A DNA stretch of 64,000 bases from Phyllobates terribilis (taxonomy: Eukaryota): positions 571,826,001 to 571,890,000 of the forward strand of contig NW_027362761.1 in the NCBI RefSeq assembly GCF_046119375.1. Reading direction: 5' to 3'. The first letter of the stretch is position 1. Each line of letters begins with the position of its first letter. The translations under genes were made by a program, and so were the position numbers. The notes beneath the pieces were generated by a model, which was not told where the DNA came from, searched no databases, and worked only from the letters and a program-made list of their open reading frames with translations. Positions 36,045-49,500 of the stretch are shown here, piece after piece.

Positions 36045-39000
36045 ATGGTGTCGGTTCAGGATTTGGCTAAACACCTGCAGGGACTCTCTCTGGAGGTGGC
36101 CGAGCTCCGTCAGCACGTGAGTAACTGTCCTGGAGCACATTTCTTGGAGCCTAAGGTATGTTTGCCGGATTTATTTTTTGGTGAACACCGAGAATTTTTT
36201 TCATTTAAAAATGCTTGCTTATTGTATTTTCGTTTGAGACCCAAGTCCTCTGGGGATGAATCCCAGCGCATAGGGTTCATAATGTCACTTTTGCGCAAAG
36301 AGCCTCAGGAGTGGGCCTTTTCTTTGCAACCTAGTGATACATGCTTCAGATCAGTGGATAGTTTTTTTTCTGCTTTGGAACTATTATATGATGATCCTGA
36401 CCGTGTCTCATCAGCTGAGACTGAGTTAAGACGTTTGAGACAGGGATCAGGTAATGTGGAAAAATATTGTACTCATTTCCGTCGTTGGTCTACTCAAACA
36501 GGGTGGAACGATTCTGCTCTGAAAAGTCTATTTCTTGCTGGGCTCAATGAAAGGGTTAAAGACCTGCTAATTGCTTATCCTACACCTGAAGATTTGCAAC
36601 AGGCTATGCAATTAGCTATACGGGTGGATAGGAGACTGCGTGCAAGGGTTAATGAGAGCAAATCCTCTGCTATGTCAGTTTCTGGTTATGAGAATGTGTG
36701 TACTAACAGTGGTGAACCGATGGAGATTGGATCGGTGGCACCTCGCTCTCAAGAAAAAGACCGTAGATTTTCTGAAGGCTTGTGTTTCTATTGCGGAAAA
36801 TCTGGTCATTTGATTAAAGGCTGTGAGCTTCGTATGAAGAAAGAAAAAAAAATGGTCAGTCATGCCCGTATTGCCTGTTTAAATTCCAAGGGTGTATTTT
36901 TAGCTGCTTCCACGATTGCTCAGGAAAAATTAATGGAATTTCGGGTGTTTGTTGATTGTGGGTCTACTCTGAATGTAATTGATGGGGGATTCTTGGAAAG
37001 ACTCAATTTAAAACCCGAACCTTTATCATCCCCCATTGCTGTGGTTTCTGTGGATGGTTCCCCTTTGAAGAATATTACTCTCAAGGTCTGTGAATTTCCT
37101 CTCACTATTAATGGTGTTCACCATGAGAAATTGGATTTGGTAGTTTTGAATAACTTGCCTTCTCCAGTAATATTGGGATTGCCCTGGTTAAAATTTCACA
37201 ATCCTGTACTGGATTGGTCTACCAGTGAAATTAAATCCTGGAGCCATAAATGTTATGACAAGTGTTGTAACGGGCGTATTGCAGCTTTGGATAGGGGAGA
37301 ATTACCTGTTCCTATTCAGGATTTTTGGAGAGTTTTTTCTGAGAAGGAATCGCAGGTTTTGCCTCCCCATAGAGACTATGATTGTTCTATTGAATTTGTC
37401 CCTGGAGCGACTCTTCCTAAAAGTCGTTTATTTAACCTTACTATTCCTGAGAGGAAGGCTTTGGAGGAATACATACAGACAAGTTTGGCCGCCGGTCACA
37501 TTAGGCCCTCTAAGTCTCTTGTGGCGGTTGGATTTTTTTTTGTAAAAAAAATGGACGGCGGTTTACGTCCTTGTCTGGATTTTCGTGAGATTAACAAAAT
37601 TACTGTACGCAATCCTTACCCACTGCCATTGATTCCTGATCTGTTTAACCAGTTAATGGGGGCCAAGTGGTTCTCTAAAATTGACCTTAAGGGGGCATAC
37701 AATCTGTTGCGCATGAAGGAGGGTGACGAATGGAAGACTGCTTTTAACACTCCTGTGGGTCATTTTGAGAATCTGGTTATGCCTTTTGGTCTTACTAATG
37801 CTCCTGCATTTTTTCAGAATCTTATTAATGACATCCTTAGACCTTTGATCGGCAAAAATGTGGTTGTGTATTTGGATGACATTTTGATTTATTCGCCGGA
37901 TATGGAGTCTCATTGGCGGAGCGTACGTGAGGTATTACAGCTATTAATGGACAATTCGCTTTTTGCTAAGCTGGAGAAATGTGAGTTCGCTGTACAGAGA
38001 ATTAGTTTTTTGGGTTACATTATCTCCAGCGAAGGTTTTGAGATGGACCCGGTTAAAGTTCAAGCTGTACAGGAATGGCCTAGGCCTATTGGTTTGAAAT
38101 CGATACAGAGGTTTTTAGGTTTCGCCAATTATTACAGAAAATTCATAAAAAATTTTTCTAGTATTGTCAAACCTCTGACCGATCTCACCAGGAAAGGTGC
38201 TGATGCGGTTCAGTGGTCTTCAGGAGGCCATTGAAGCTTTTGTGTATCTCAAGGAGAGGTTCACCTCTGCTCCCATCCTTATGCAGCCTGATGTGACTAA
38301 GCCGTTTTTGGTTGAGGTTGATGCTTCCTCTGTGGGGGTTGGCGCAGTATTGTCTCAGGATAACGGGGATGGATTACATCCCTGTGCCTTTTTTTCAAAA
38401 AAATTTTCGGAGACTGAACTGAATTACGATATTGGTAATCGGGAATTATTGGCTATTAAACTCGCATTTGAACACTGGCGCCACTTCTTGGAAGGTGCGG
38501 AATTTCCCGTTCAGGTTCTTACGGATCATAAAAATCTGATATATCTTGATGCTGCCAAGCGCCTGAATGCCCGTCAGGCTAGGTGGGCACTGTTTTTCTC
38601 GCGGTTTAATTTCTCCGTTACTTACATCCCTGGTACTAAGAATGTTAAGGCGGATGCCTTGTCTCGCAGTTTTTCTCCCATAGTCGGTGCTGAGAAAGAG
38701 GAGAACATTTTACAAGAAGGTGTTGTGATAGCTGCTTTGGACTCCGTTTTGGAAGATGAGATTCTTAAAGCACAGGAGAATGCCCCATCTAACACTCCTC
38801 ATGGGAGGTTGTTTGTGCCTGGGACCTTTAGGAGAGATTTGTTTGTTGAGTGTCACGAATCTCGGTTGGCAGGTCATCCCGGAATCTCTGAGACCAAGAG
38901 ACTGGTGGGTCGCAGTTTTTGGTGGCCTGGATGGCAGAAGGAAGTCATTAAGTGGGTGCGTCAATGTACTATATGTGCTAGATCTAAGTCCTCACATACT

Positions 39001-40113
39001 CCTGCTGCGGGGTTGCTTTGTCCTTTGGAGGTTCCCAGTGCTCCTTGGACACATTTGGCTATGGACTTTATAACTGACCTTCCCCCCTCTGAGGGTTTTA
39101 CTGTCATCTGGGTGGTCGTGGACCGTTTTAGCAAGATGTGTCACTTGGTTCCCTTCGTCAAACTGCCCTGCGCTAAAACTCTCGCTAAGGCCTTTGTCAA
39201 GGAAATTGTCAAACTTCATGGCGTTCCTACTGACATTGTTTCTGATAGGGGACCTCAGTTCGTGGCTCGTTTTTGGCGTGCCTTTTGTGACAGGTTGGGA
39301 GTTCATTTGTCGTTCTCGTCCGGATATCATCCTGAATCTAATGGCCAGACAGAAAGGAAAAACCAGGATGTTGAGCAGTTCTTGCGTTGTTTTGTGGCAG
39401 ACAATCAAGAGGGGTGGTCTGAGTTTCTGCCACTTGCTGAATTTGCTCTTAACAACCATACATCTTCTTCTGCTGGTTGTTCGCCTTTTTTTTGTTGTTC
39501 TGGGAGACATCCGTTGTTTGGGTCGTTCTCCAAGTTGGGATCTGCCGTGCCTGAGGAGGAGAATTTTTCCGGTGATTTGGAGAGAGTTTGGACGGATGTG
39601 CGTGGTAATCTTCAGGAGGCCAGCAGAAAATCTAAAGACTACTTTGATAGGAAACGACAGGAGGTTTTGTTCGCTGTTGGTGACATGGTTTGGTTGTCCT
39701 CTAGGAATCTGCGGTTGAGGATTCCTTCTAAGAAATTGGGTCCCAAGTTTGTAGGGCCCTTTAAGGTGCTTCAGGTTGTCAACCAATCTGCTGTTAGGTT
39801 GGAGGTTCCTACCTCCTGGAGAATTAATCCGGTATTTCATGTCTCTCTGTTGAAAAAAGCGGTTGTATCGGATTGTGACGCCTCTGCCTCTGTTCCTCCG
39901 GTGGTGGAGGACGGGGAATATGAAATTTCTCGCATCCTTAACTCTAGACGGTATAGAGGTAGTTTGCAGTATCTTGTGGCCTGGAAAGGTTTCGGACCCG
40001 AGGATAACTCTTGGGTGAGGTCGGATGATGTTTCCGCGTCCAGACTTATCAGAGCGTTTCACAGGAGATTTCCTGATAAGCCTGGTCCTAGGGGATCCGG
40101 AGGATCCTCTTAG
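36045..40113 (+). CDS. Gag-protease-RT-RNaseH-integrase-chromodomain polyprotein with one +1 frameshift near 38223
   Basis: CCHC knuckle CFYCGKSGHLIKGC, protease VDCGS, RT YLDD, integrase HHCC plus MDF/SDRG/TERKN, GPF motif, and chromodomain YEISRIL...YLVAWKGFGPEDNSW. TCAGGAGGCC needs removal of one G to join ORFs 36045-38234 and 38197-40113. Confidence 0.93.
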
Positions 40114-40125
40114 AAGGGGGGGTAC

Positions 40126-40545
40126 TGTTAGAACCTTGCTCTTAGGTTTTTTCCTTTGCTGATCACATGACCTTGTTGGCCTATTTAATCCTGCTCCGCC
40201 CTTCTGGCTTTGCTGGACTTCATTGTATAACTACTTTCTAGCTAGCATGTGCTCTGTATCTAACTCTGTTAGTTTGCTTGGTCTACGGACCTCTATGTTC
40301 TATATATTTTGTTTGTTCGTCTGTCTGCTACTATTTCTGTTAGGAGGTGTCCCATTTTCCTCCCAGTCCTTAGTACTTGTAGGGATTCCTTCCCCACATC
40401 TATAGGTCTCCGTACAGACTAGCTTAGGACTTTAGCAGGTCTGATCGCAGGATCAGGTCCCCTGTTACATCGTAGGGATTAAGCTGAGTTCTATCGTAGG
40501 GACAGATCTCCTCTCTTTCCTTAGCTCTGGTAGCATGACATAACA
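40126..40545 (+). repeat. 3' LTR (420 bp)
   Basis: Five substitutions relative to the 5' LTR by manual comparison. Confidence 0.97.
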
Positions 40546-43500
40546 GTCCTACCTTCAGAAATATACATTCATATAAAACACATTTAACCCCTTAGAGTGT
40601 CAGGGAGCAGACCACCACCCCCACCACTCCTACAACACAACCACTAATGTTACCTAATTGACAGCTACTGCATCATCCACATAGGGGTATACAACGTATA
40701 GAAAACGTATCAAGTGCGTTGCTGATTCACAAATAGATCAGAGGAAAAGGTAATTTCACAATATGTGATGTAGTATATAGAGAATATGTCCCGTGTGGTG
40801 CAGTAGATAGAGGATGTGTCCCGTGTGGTGTAGTATATAGAGGATGTATCCCATGTGGTGCAGTATATAGAGGATGTGTCCCATGTGGTGCAGTATATAG
40901 AGGATGTGTCCCGTGTGGTGTAGTATATAGAGGACTTGTCCCGTGTGGTGTAGTATATAGAGGATGTATCCCGTGTAGTGCAGTATATCGAGGATGTGTC
41001 CCGTACGGTGCAATATGTAGAGGATGTGTCCCGTGTGGTGCAGTATATAGAGGATGTGTCCTGTGTGGTGTAGTATATAGAGGATGCGTCCCGTGTAGTA
41101 TATAGAGGATGTGTCCCATGTGGTGCAGTATATAGAGGATGTGTCCCGTGTGGTGTAATATATAGAGGATGTGTCCTGTGCGGTGCAGTATATAGAGGAT
41201 GTGTCCCATGCAGTGCAGTATATAGAGGATGTGTCCCGTGCGGTGCACTATATAGAGGGTGTGAGGTGCAGTATATAGAGGATGTGTCTCGTGCCTTGTA
41301 GTATACAGAGGATGTGTCCTGTGTGGTGTAGTATATAGAGGATGTGTCCCGTGCCGTGTAGTATATAGAGGATGTGTCCCGTGTGGTGTAGCATATAGAG
41401 GATGTGTCCCGTGCGGTGCAGTATATAGAGGATGTGTCCCGTGTGCTGTAGTATATAGAGGATGTGTCCCGTGCGGTGCAGTATATAGAGGATGTGTCCC
41501 GTGTGGTGTAGTATATAGAGGATGTATCCCGTGTGGTGTAGTATAGAGAGGATGTATCTCGTGCGGTGCAGTATATACAGGATGTGTCCAGTGCGGTGTA
41601 GTATATAGAGGATGTGTCCCGTGTAGTAAAGTATATAGAGGATGTATCCCGTGTGGTGTAGTATATAGAGGATGTGTCCCGTGTAGTATAGTATATAGAG
41701 GATGTATCCCATGTGGTGTAGTATATAGAGAATGTATCCCGTGTAGTGCAGTATATAGAGGATGTGTCCCGTGTGGTGTAGTATATAGAGGATGTATCCC
41801 GTGTGGTGTAGTATAGAGAGGATGTATCTCGTGCGGTGCAGTATATACAGGATGTGTCCAGTGCGGTGTAGTATATAGAGGATGTGTCCCGTGTAGTAAA
41901 GTATATAGAGGATGTATCCCGTGTGGTGTAGTATATAGAGGATGTGTCCCGTGTAGTATAGTATATAGAGGATGTATCCCATGTGGTGTAGTATATAGAG
42001 GATGTATCCCGTGTAGTGCAGTATATAGAGGATGTGTCCCCTGTGGTGTAGTATATAGAGGATGTGTCCCGTGTGGTGTAGTATATAGAGGATGTATCCC
42101 GTGTGGTGTAGTATATAGAGGATGTATCCCGTGTGGTGTAGTATATAGAGGATGTGTCCCGTGTGGTGTAGTATATAGAGGCTGTGTCCTCCTGTGTGGT
42201 GTAGTATATAGAGGATGCGTCCCGTGTAGTATATAGAGAATGTGTCTCGTGTGGTGTAGTATATAGAGGATGTGTCCCGTGTAGTATATAGAGGATGTGT
42301 CCCATGTGGTGCAGTATATAGAGGATGTGTCCCGTGTGGTGTAGTATATAGAGGATGCGTCTCGTGTGGTGTAGTATATAGAGGATGTGTCCCATGTGGT
42401 GTAGTATGTAGACGATGTGTCCCGTGTGGTGTAGTATATAGAGGATGTGTCTTGTGTGGTGTAGTATATAGAGGACGTGTCCCGTGTGGTGTAGTATATA
42501 GAGGATGTGTCCCGTGTGGTGTAGTATATAGAGGATGTGTCCCGTGTGGTGTAGTATATAGAGGATGTGTCCCATGTGGTGTAGTATATAGAGGATGTGT
42601 CCCATGTGGTGTAGTATATAGAGGACGTGTCCCCTGTGGTGTAGTATATAGAGGATGTGTCCCATGTGGTGTGGTATATCGAGGATGTGTCCTGTGTGGT
42701 GTAGTATATAGAGGATGTGTCCCGTGTAGTGTGGTATATTGAGGAAGTGTCCCGTGCGGTGTAGTATATAGAGGATGTGTCCCGTGTGGTGTAGTATATA
42801 GAGGATGTGTCCCGTGTGGTGTAGTATATAGAGGATGTGTCCCGTGTGGTGTAGTATATAGAGGATATGTCCCGTGTAGTGTGGTATATAGAGGATGTGT
42901 CCCCTGTGGTGTAGTATATAGAGGATGTGTCCCGTGTGGTGTAGTATATAGAGGATGTGTCCCGTGTGGTGTAGTATACAGAGGATGTGTCCCGTGCGGT
43001 GTAGTATATAGAGGATGTGTCCCGTGCGGTGTAGTATATAGAGGATGTGTCCGTGTGGTGTAGTATATAGAGGTTATGTCCCGTGTGGTGTAGTATATAG
43101 AGGATGTGTCCCGTGTGGTGTGGTATATCGAGGATGTGTCCCGTGTGGTGCAGTAGATAGAGGATGTGTCCCGTGTGGTGTAATATATAGAGGATGTGTC
43201 CCGTGTGGTGCAGTATATAGAGGATGTGTCCCGTGTGGTGTAGTATATAAAGGATGTGTCCCGTGTGGTGTAGTATGTAGAGGATGTGTCCCGTGTGGTG
43301 TGGTATATCGAGGATGTGTCCCGTGTGGTGCAGTATATAGAGGATGTGTCCAGTGTGGTGTAGTATATAGAGGATGTGTCCCGTGTGGTGTAGTATGTAG
43401 AGGATGTGTCCCGTGTGGTGTGGTATTTCGAGGATGTGTCCCATGTGGTGTGGTATATCGAGGATGTGTCCCATGTGGTGTAGTATATAGAGGATGTGTC

Positions 43501-46500
43501 CCATGTGGTGTGGTATTTCAAGGATGTGTCCTGTGTGGTGTAGTATATAGAGGATGTGTCCCATGTCGTGTAGTATATAGAGGAGGTGTCCTGTGTGGTG
43601 TAGAATATAGAGGATGTGTCCTGTGCGGTGCAGTATATAGAGGATGTGTCCCGTGCGGTGCCAGTATATAGAGGATATGTCCCGTGCGGTGTAGTATATA
43701 GAGGATCTGTCCCGTGGGGTGTAGTATATAGAGGATGTGTCCCGTGTGGTGTAGTATATAGAGGATGCGTCTCGTGTTGTGTAGTATATAGAGGATGAGT
43801 CCCGTGTGGTGTAGTATGTAGAGGATGTGTCCCGTGTGGTGTGGTATATAGAAGATGTGTCCCGTGTGGTGCAGTATATAGAGGATGTGTCCTGTGTGGT
43901 GTAGTATATAGATGATGTGTCCCTTGTGGTGTAGTATATAGAGGATGTGTTACGTGCGGTGTAAAATATAGAGGATGTGTCCCCTGTTGTGTAGTATATA
44001 GAGGATCAGTCCCGTGCGGTGTAGTATATAGAGGATGTGTCCTGTGTGGTGTAGTTTATAGAGGATGTGTCCCGTGTGGTGTGGTATATCGAGGATGTGT
44101 CCTGTGTGGTCTAGTATATAGAGGATGTGTCCCGTGTGGTGTAGTATATAGAGGATGTGTCTGTGTGGTGTAGTATATAGAGGATGTGTCCCGTGTGGTG
44201 TAGTATATAGAGGATGTGTCCCGTGTGGTGTACTATATAGAGGATGTGTCCCGTGTGGTATAGTATATAGAGGATGTGTCACGTGTTGTATAGTATATAG
44301 AGGATGTCTCCCGTGTGGTGTAGTATATAGAGGATGCGCACCGTGTGGTGTAGTATATAGAGGATCTGTCCTGTGTCGTGTAGTATATAGAGGATGTGTC
44401 CCGTGTGGTGCAGTATATAGAGGATGTGTCCCGTGTGGTGCAGTATATAGAGGATGTGTCCCGTGTGGTGTAGTATATAGAGGATGAGTCCCGTGTGGTG
44501 TAGTATGTAGAGGATGTGTCCCGTGTGGTGTGGTATATAGAAGATGTGTCCCGTGTGGTGCAGTATATAGAAGATGTGTCCTGTGTGGTGTAGTATATAG
44601 ATGATGTGTCCCTTGTGGTGTAGTATATAGAGGATGTGTTACGTGCGGTGTAAAATATAGAGGATGTGTCCCCTGTTGTGTAGTATATAGAGGATCAGTC
44701 CCGTGCGGTGTAGTATATAGAGGATGTGTCCTGCGTGGTGCAGTATATAGAGGATGTGTCCCGTGTGGTGTAGTATATAGAGGATGTGTCCCATGTGGTG
44801 TAGTATATAGAGGATGTGTCCCATGTGGTGTGGTATTTCGAGGATGTGTCCCGTGTGGTGTAGTATATAGAGGATGTGTCCCGTGTGGTGCAGTATATAG
44901 AGGATGTGTCCCGTGTGGTGCAGTATATAGAGGATGTGTCCCATGCGGTGTAGTATATAGAGGATGTGTCCCGTGTGGTGTAGTATATAGAGGATGTGTC
45001 CCGTGTAGTGCAGTATATAGAGGATGTGTCCCGTGTGGTGTAGTATATAGAGGGTGTGTCCCATGTGGTGTAGTATGTAGAGGATGTGTCCCATGTGGTG
45101 TGGTATATCGAAGATGTTTCCTTTGTGGTGTATTACATAGAGGATGTGTCCTGTGTGGTGTAGTATATAGAGGATGTGTCCCGTGCGGTGTAGTATATAG
45201 AGGATGTGTCCCGTGCGGTGTACTATATAGACGATGTGTCCTGTGTGGTGTAGTGTATAGAGGATGTGTCCCGTGCGGTTTAGTATATAGAGGATGTGTC
45301 CCGTGTGGTGTAATATATAGAGGATGTGTCCCGTGTGGTGCAGTATATAGAGGATGTGTCCCGTGTGGTGTAGTATATAGAGGATGTGTCCCGTGTGGTG
45401 TAGTATGTAGAGGATGTGTCCCGTGTGGTGTGGTATTTCTAGGATGTGTCCCGTGTGGTGTGGTATATCGATGATGTGTCCCATGTGGTGTAGTATATAG
45501 AGGATGTGTCCCATGTGGTGTGGTATTTCGAGGATGTGTCCTGTGTGGTGTAGTATATAGAGGATGTGTCCCATGTGGTGTAGTATATAGAGGATGTGTC
45601 CCGTGTGGTGTAGTATATAGAGGATGTGTCCTGTGTGGTGTAGACTATAGAGGATGGGTCCCGTGTGGTTTAGTATTTTGAGGATGTGTCCCGTGTGGTG
45701 TAGTATATAGAGGATGTGTCCTGTGCGGTGCAGTATATAGAGGATGTGTCCCGTGCGGTGCCAGTATATAGAGGATGTGTCCCGTGCGGTGTAGTATATA
45801 GAGGATCTGTCCCGTGTGGTGTAGTATATAGAGGATGTGTCCCTTGTGGTGTAGTATATAGAGGATGCGTCTCGTGTTGTGTAGTATATAGAGGATGAGT
45901 CCCCTGTGGTGTAGTATGTAGAGGATGTGTCCCGTGTGGTGTGGTATATAGAAGATGTGTCCCGTGTGGTGCAGTATATAGAGGATATGTCCTGTGTGGT
46001 GTAGTATATAGATGATGTGTCCCTTGTGGTGTAGTATATAGAGGATGTGTTACGTGCGGTGTAAAATATAGAGGATGTGTCCCCTGTTGTGTAGTATATA
46101 GAGGATCAGTCCCGTGCGGTGTAGTATATAGAGGATGTGTCCTGTGTGGTGTAGTATATAGAGGATGTGTCCCGTGTGGTGTGGTATTTCGAGGATGTGT
46201 CCTGTGTGGTGTAGTATATAGAGGATCTGCCCCGTGCGGTGCAGTATATAGAGGATGTGTACCCTGTGGTGTAGTATATAGAGGATGTGTCCTGTGTGGT
46301 GTAGTATATAGAGGATGTGTCCCGTGTGGTGTAGTATATAGAGGACGTGTCCTGTGTAGTGTAGTATATAGAGGATCTGCCCCGTGCGGTGCAGTATATA
46401 GAGGATGTGTCCCCTGTGGTGCAGTATATAGAGGATGTGTCTCGTGTGGTGTAGTATATAGAGGATGTGTCCCGTGTTTTGTAGTATATAGAGGACGTGT

Positions 46501-49500
46501 CCAGTGTGGTGTAGTATATAGAGGATCTGTCCTGTGTGGTGTAGTATATAGAGGATGTGTCCTGTGTGGTGTAGTATATAGAAAATGTGTCCCGTGCGGT
46601 GTAGTATATAGAGGATGTGTCCAGTGTGGTGTAGTATATAGAGGATGTGTCCCATGTGGTGTAGTATATAGAGGAGGTGTCCTGTGTGGTGTAGTATATA
46701 GAGGATGGGTCCCGTGTGGTGTAGTATTTTGAGGATGTGTCCTGTGTGGTGTAGTATATAGAGGATATGTCCCGTGTAGTGTGGTATATCGAGGATGTGT
46801 CCCGTGTAGTGTAGTATATAGAGGATGTGTCCCGTGTAGTGTAGTATATAGAGGATGTGTCCCGTGTGGTGTAGTATATAGAGGACGTGTGCCGCGCGGT
46901 GTAGTATATAGAGGATGTGTCCCGTGTGGTGTAGTATATAGAGGATGTGTCCCCTGTGGTGTAGTATATAGAGGATGTGTCCCGTGTGGTGTAGTATATA
47001 GAGGATGTGGCCCGTGTGGTGTAGTATATAGAGGATGTGTCCCTTGTGGTGCAGTATATAGAGGATGTGTCCTGTGTGGTGTAGTATATAGAGGATGTGT
47101 CCCGTGTGGTGTAGTGTATAGAGGATGCGTCCCGTGCAGTGTAGTATATAGAGGATGTGTCCCGTGTGGTGTAGTATATAGAGGATGTGTCCTGTGTGGT
47201 GTAGTTTATAGAGGATGTGTCCTGTGTGGTGTAGTGTATAGAGGATGTGTCCCGTGCAGTGTAGTATATAGAGGATGTGTCCCGTGTGGTGTAGTATGTA
47301 GAGGATGTGTCCCGTGTGGTGTAGTATATAGAGGATGTGTCCCGTGCGGTGCAGTATATAGAGGATGTGTCCCATGTGGTGTAGTATATAGAGGATGTGT
47401 TCTGTGTGGTGTAGTATATAGAGGATGTGTCCCTTGCGGTGTAGTATATAGAGAATGTCTCCTGTGCGGTGTAGTATATAGAGGATGTGTCCTGTGTGGT
47501 GTAGTTTATAGAGGGTGTGTCCTGTGTGGTGTAGTATATAGAGGATGTGTCCTGTGTAGTGTAGTATATAGAGGATGTGTCTCGTGTGGTGTAGTATATG
47601 GAGGATGTGTCCCGTGCGGTGTAGTATATAGAGGATGTGTCCTGTGTAGTGTAGTATATAGAGGATGTGTCCCGTGTGGTGTAGTATATAGAGGATGTGT
47701 CCCGTGTGGTGTAGTATATAGAGGATGTGTCCCGTGCGGTGCAGTATATAGAGGATGTGTCCCATGTGGTGTAGTATATAGAGGATGTGTTCTGTGTGGT
47801 GTAGTATATAGAGGATGTGTCCCGTGCGGTGTCGTATATAGAGAATGTCTCCCGTGCGGTGTAGTATATAGAGGATGTGTCCTGTGTGGTGTAGTACATC
47901 GAGGATGTGTCCCGTGCGGTGTAGTATATAGAGAATGTCTCCCGTGTGGTGTAGTATATAGAGGATGTGTCCTGTGTGGTGTAGTATATAGAGGATGTGT
48001 CCTGTGTGGTGTAGTATATAGAGGATGTGTCCCGTGTGGTGCAGTATATAGAGGATGTGTCCAGTGTGGTGCAGTATATAGGGGATGTGTCCTGTGTGGT
48101 GTAGTATATAGAGGATGCGTCTCGTGTGGTGTAGTATATAGAGGATGTGTCCAGTGTGGTGCAGTATGTAGACGATGTGTCCTGTGTGGTGTAGTATATA
48201 GAGGATGTGTCCTGTGTGGTGTAGTATATAGAGGACGTGTCCCGTGTGGTGTAGTATATAGAGGATGTGTCCCGTGTGGTGTAGTATATAGAGGATGTGT
48301 CCCGTGTGGTGTAGTATATAGAGGACGTGTCCCCTGTGGTGTAGTATATAGAGAATGTGTCCCATGTGGTGTGGTATATCGAGGATGTGTCCTGTGTGGT
48401 GTAGTATATAGAGGATGTGTCCCGTGTAGTGTGGTATATTGAGGATGTGTCCCGTGCGGTGTAGTATATAGAGGATGTGTCCCGTGTTGTGTAGTATATA
48501 GAGGATGTGTCCCGTGTGGTGTAATATATAGAGGATGTGTCCCGTGCGGTGTAGTACATAGAGGATGTGTCCCGTGTGGTGTAGTATATAGAGGATGTGT
48601 CCCGTGTGGTGTAGTATATTGAGGATGTGTCCCGTGTGGTGTAGTATATAGAGGATATGTCCCGTGTAGTGTGGTATATAGAGGATGTGTCCCCTGTGGT
48701 GTAGTATATAGAGGATGTGTCCCGTGTGGTATAGTATATAGAGGATGTGTCCCGTGTAGTGTGGTATATCGAGGATGTGTCCTGTGTGGTGTAGTATATA
48801 GAGGATGTGTCCCGTGTGGTGTAGTATATAGAGGATGTGTCCCGTGTGGTGCAGTATATAGAGGATGTGTCCCGTGTGGTGTGGTATATCGAGGATCTGT
48901 CCCGTGTGGTGCAGTATATAGAGGATGTGTCCAGTGTGTTGTAGTATATAGAGGATGTGTCCCGTGTGGTGTGGTATATCGAGGATGTGTCCCGTGTGGT
49001 GCAGTAGATAGAGGATGTGTCCCGTGTGGTGTAGTATATAGAGGATGTGTCCCATGCGGTGTGGTATATCGAAGGTGTTTCCTTTGTGGTGTATTACATA
49101 GAGGATGTGTCCCGTGTGGTGTAATATATAGAGGATGTGTCCCGTGTGGTGCAGTATATAGAGGATGAGTCCCGTGTGGTGCAGTATATAGAGGATGTGT
49201 CCCGTGTGGTGTAGTATATAGAGGATGTGTCCCGTGTGGTGTAGTATGTAGAGGATGTGTCCCGTGTGGTGTGGTATTTCGAGGATGTCTCCCGTGTGGT
49301 GTGTTATATAGAGGATGTGTCCCATGTGGTGTATTATAAAGAGGATGTGTCCCATGTGGTGTAGTATATAGAGGAGGTGTCCTGTGTGGTGTAAAATATA
49401 GAGGATGGGTCCCGTGTGGTTTAGTATTTTGAGGATGTGTCCCGTGTGGTGTAGTATATAGAGGATGTGTCCTGTGCGGTGCAGTATATAGAGGATGTGT

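Larger units (their letters stand above)
35577..40545 (+). mobile_element. Full-length chromodomain Ty3/Gypsy LTR retrotransposon (Tf1/sushi group)
   Basis: Perfect 5-bp TSD GTCCT (35572-35576 and 40546-40550), TG...CA LTRs, polypurine tract AGAAGGGGGGG at 40112-40122, and a complete gag-pol. Confidence 0.97.

Noticed and set aside
38992-40062. 356-aa antisense ORF opposite the integrase
   Set aside because: No recognisable motifs; long shadow ORFs are common opposite retroelement pol genes.
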